This document shows, one piece after another, positions 61,486 to 64,000 of a stretch of 64,000 bases of DNA. How positions within the stretch are numbered: the first letter of the stretch is position 1; each line of letters begins with the position of its first letter. A program made the translations under genes and the position numbers. Below the pieces are notes generated by a model. The model had not been told where the DNA came from, did no database searches, and saw nothing but the letters and a program-made list of their open reading frames with translations. Origin of the DNA: Haliotis rubra (Eukaryota); the NCBI RefSeq assembly GCF_003918875.1, contig NW_025766984.1, positions 930,001-994,000 on the forward strand, in the 5' to 3' direction.

Positions 61486-62917
61486 CAGTGGACTCTGTCA
61501 ATACCGGCCTCTCTTAACACCGGCACTCTGTCTACATCGGCACAAAGTTTCGGTCCCGGCAGAAATGCACGTTATTATCATTTAGAAACTTCTGTAAACA
61601 TCGGCATCTGTCTATTCAGGATATCGGCATTGTTTTTCAGTCCCAACGAACAAGTTGTTATGAAAACGAATCTGTAAAAACCGGCACATGAAAGACGGCG
61701 TAACCCTTTGATGCAATTAGGTCCAAATGATGTAACAACACAATTCGCTGTGACTCCCGAGATTATTCAGAAACGGGAAGTGTTAATCAGTATCTTGTTA
61801 ATCAGTGAGTGGTATGTAACACTTACAGAGTAATTAATACATGTAGTGGGCAGTTTGACTGTATAAACAAGCAAGTGTTTACATTTTGTTGATTCAGCGG
61901 GTATTGACTTCCGAGATTATTCAGAAGCGAAGTGTCAATCAGTTTCTTGTTAATTAGTGAGTGGCACGTGTCACTTACATAGAGGCGAATCGTTTGATGG
62001 CGGGTATCGTTCGAAAGCTCTGAACATCAACAATATCACTGTACTCTTGCCGAGTATTTTCACATTTGTAAGAAGCGATTTTATTGGATAAAGATTGGTT
62101 TCTAACGGCGCTTTTCACTACACTCTGCTTATAAGGGTCGGATTGGTCAAAATCGAACCGTGACCTAAGCAGCCAATCATATTATGGAAATGGATACCTT
62201 CTTCAGTAAGCGAAAACTTTTTAGATTAAGACGAAAGTTTTGGGTAAAATAATGCTATTCTGAACATATTAAGAAAGACATCGCTACCTATACGTAAATT
62301 ATGGAACGTATTGGACATATCGTGCTAGGTTATGGCCTATGACAAAAATGCTTCATGCATATATTTTCACATTAAGCATCGTGTGCGGGCGTCAAGACGG
62401 AGGCGGTGAAAGCGAGATGTAACTTGTCAGTGACTTGACTTACATTGCATGATCGCACAAAAGTATGGAAATAGTAATTTTATATGTAATGCTGGACAAC
62501 TTTTTATGAATGTTATTGTTGATTTCAATAAATTTAATGATTTCCTCGATGTTTGAAACATCGTTACTTTGCTCTTTGACAATGCTATTGTAGACCCGCT
62601 GCGAAGCATAAACAAGAATCGTTGTTTTCAATAACATTGCGAAAAATAGTTTATAATTTTAATTCTGCCGATAATATATGATCAGTTGAAATTTAATAAG
62701 AGATTTCAGACATTTTTATTTGATTTAAACAACATGAATGTGCATTCAGACACTGCCTTGTTTCTTATTCAAACATCTTGTTAATGCTAAAGTGACAGTA
62801 CGACAGCGAACTTCCGTGTGCGCAGGCGTCATAAGCGAACTTAGCTAAACCGGCACTCTGTCAAAACCGGCATTTTTATTTGGTCCCGACTGATGCCGGT
62901 ATTGACAGAGTACACTG
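61486..62917. mobile_element. Non-autonomous Tc1/pogo-type element, 1.43 kb
   Basis: TIR CAGTG(G/T)ACTCTGTCAATACCGGC at both ends, TA on each side, repeated subterminal ACCGGCA motifs and an internal ~75-bp duplication (61751/61906). No intact transposase. Confidence 0.85.
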
Positions 62918-64000
62918 TAGTTAAATAGTTGATGTAACATGATAAATGTACAAGTACAAGCTTGATAGTAGACAGATGAAACATGCATTTATGCAGAAGT
63001 AAAAGAAACTCATTCTTCTCCAAATACAGAGAGATGTCCTTACTTCTGAAACAAACCTATTTTTCCTTATCCTGACTCATGCTTATTATGCTTGTCTCCT
63101 CCTCCTTACGAATGATAGTGGAACACTTGAAATCCCTGTAGTTCCCTTTAAAGCAGATGTAAAAGTACACTCATCCACGAGTTGCCTCCCTTGCATAGTT
63201 TCCTGCCAAAACAGTCACATGACTAAGCATGCTTGTCACTCTCTCCTCCATCGCCCTGGTGGATGGTTGTGGCAACTTGGGAGTCCCTATACGGCACTAT
63301 ATCCTTTTATATTTTGACCCTTTAGCCCAAATTTAGCTGTATACAGTTTTCAGTCTGTATTATTATTCAGTGTACATAGGAATTATGCCCAAATTTACGT
63401 AAATATTGTTATCCCCCGCAAATCGTTTTGCTTGGGTATTAAAATGGACTCCGTCTGTCCGTGCACATTTTTATTTTCCGGAGCAGAACTCTAAAACCGT
63501 TTATTCTTTTTCAGAAGAAGTCCTCCTTGGGGTACATATAAGCATTTAAATGTCCATTTTAAATCCTACGACAGTTGTAACTATATTTTTCAATAAAATA
63601 TTGACAAAACAAAAAACTTGTTTTGTCTTGTGAGACCACCCCTACAGGGCCCCACCAGACCCCCTACAGCCAAGAGCAGGTAACTCTCGCTGTCTACCTC
63701 GTACCTCACTTTTCATGCTGTCGTTCTGTTGAATAGACGTGCATGGTGTTCGTTTCGAGTTTGCTCTCCTACCGATACGATGAGTGTAAAAGAGTCTCAA
63801 TCTGTATGTATGGTTCCTTTCTTTACGCACAGGCGTCAGATGGACTTCATATGTTGATATTCTCATTCATCTTTTGTTGTAACTTTGCCGTGGGTTCTCT
63901 GTTTTCCAGCCTTGTGGCTGGCAAAATGGCGGACAGCGCGATCATGGTTTCCTTGCTACATGTTCCTGGTAGAATGCAGTCACGACGAAGGATCACCAGC

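Overview
AT-rich, intron-rich animal genomic DNA. The repeat content suggests a mollusc, possibly a gastropod such as abalone (inference). It is not prokaryotic and has no CRISPR array. By hand-splicing I reconstruct five multi-exon genes: MSMO1 (-, 8 coding exons), translin/TSN (-, 6 exons, GC-AG first intron), RNF32 (+, 9 exons, two apparent homopolymer frameshifts), CFAP410/C21orf2 (-, 6 exons) and the 5' part of a probable separase/ESPL1 (+, continues past the window). TSN/RNF32 and CFAP410/ESPL1 are head-to-head pairs. Introns and intergenic DNA contain a decayed LINE, a Sailor-type (DD81E) IS630/Tc1 transposase, two short retroposon families sharing one 3' tail, many MITEs and several tandem repeats. 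The most unusual structure is a ~1.8-kb array of 85-bp units in the last translin intron, amplified from the exon5/intron5 junction. Each unit carries a potential CAG acceptor, an in-frame 15-nt LASEL microexon and a GTGAG donor. Gene identities rest on my recall of the human orthologues, not on database searches.
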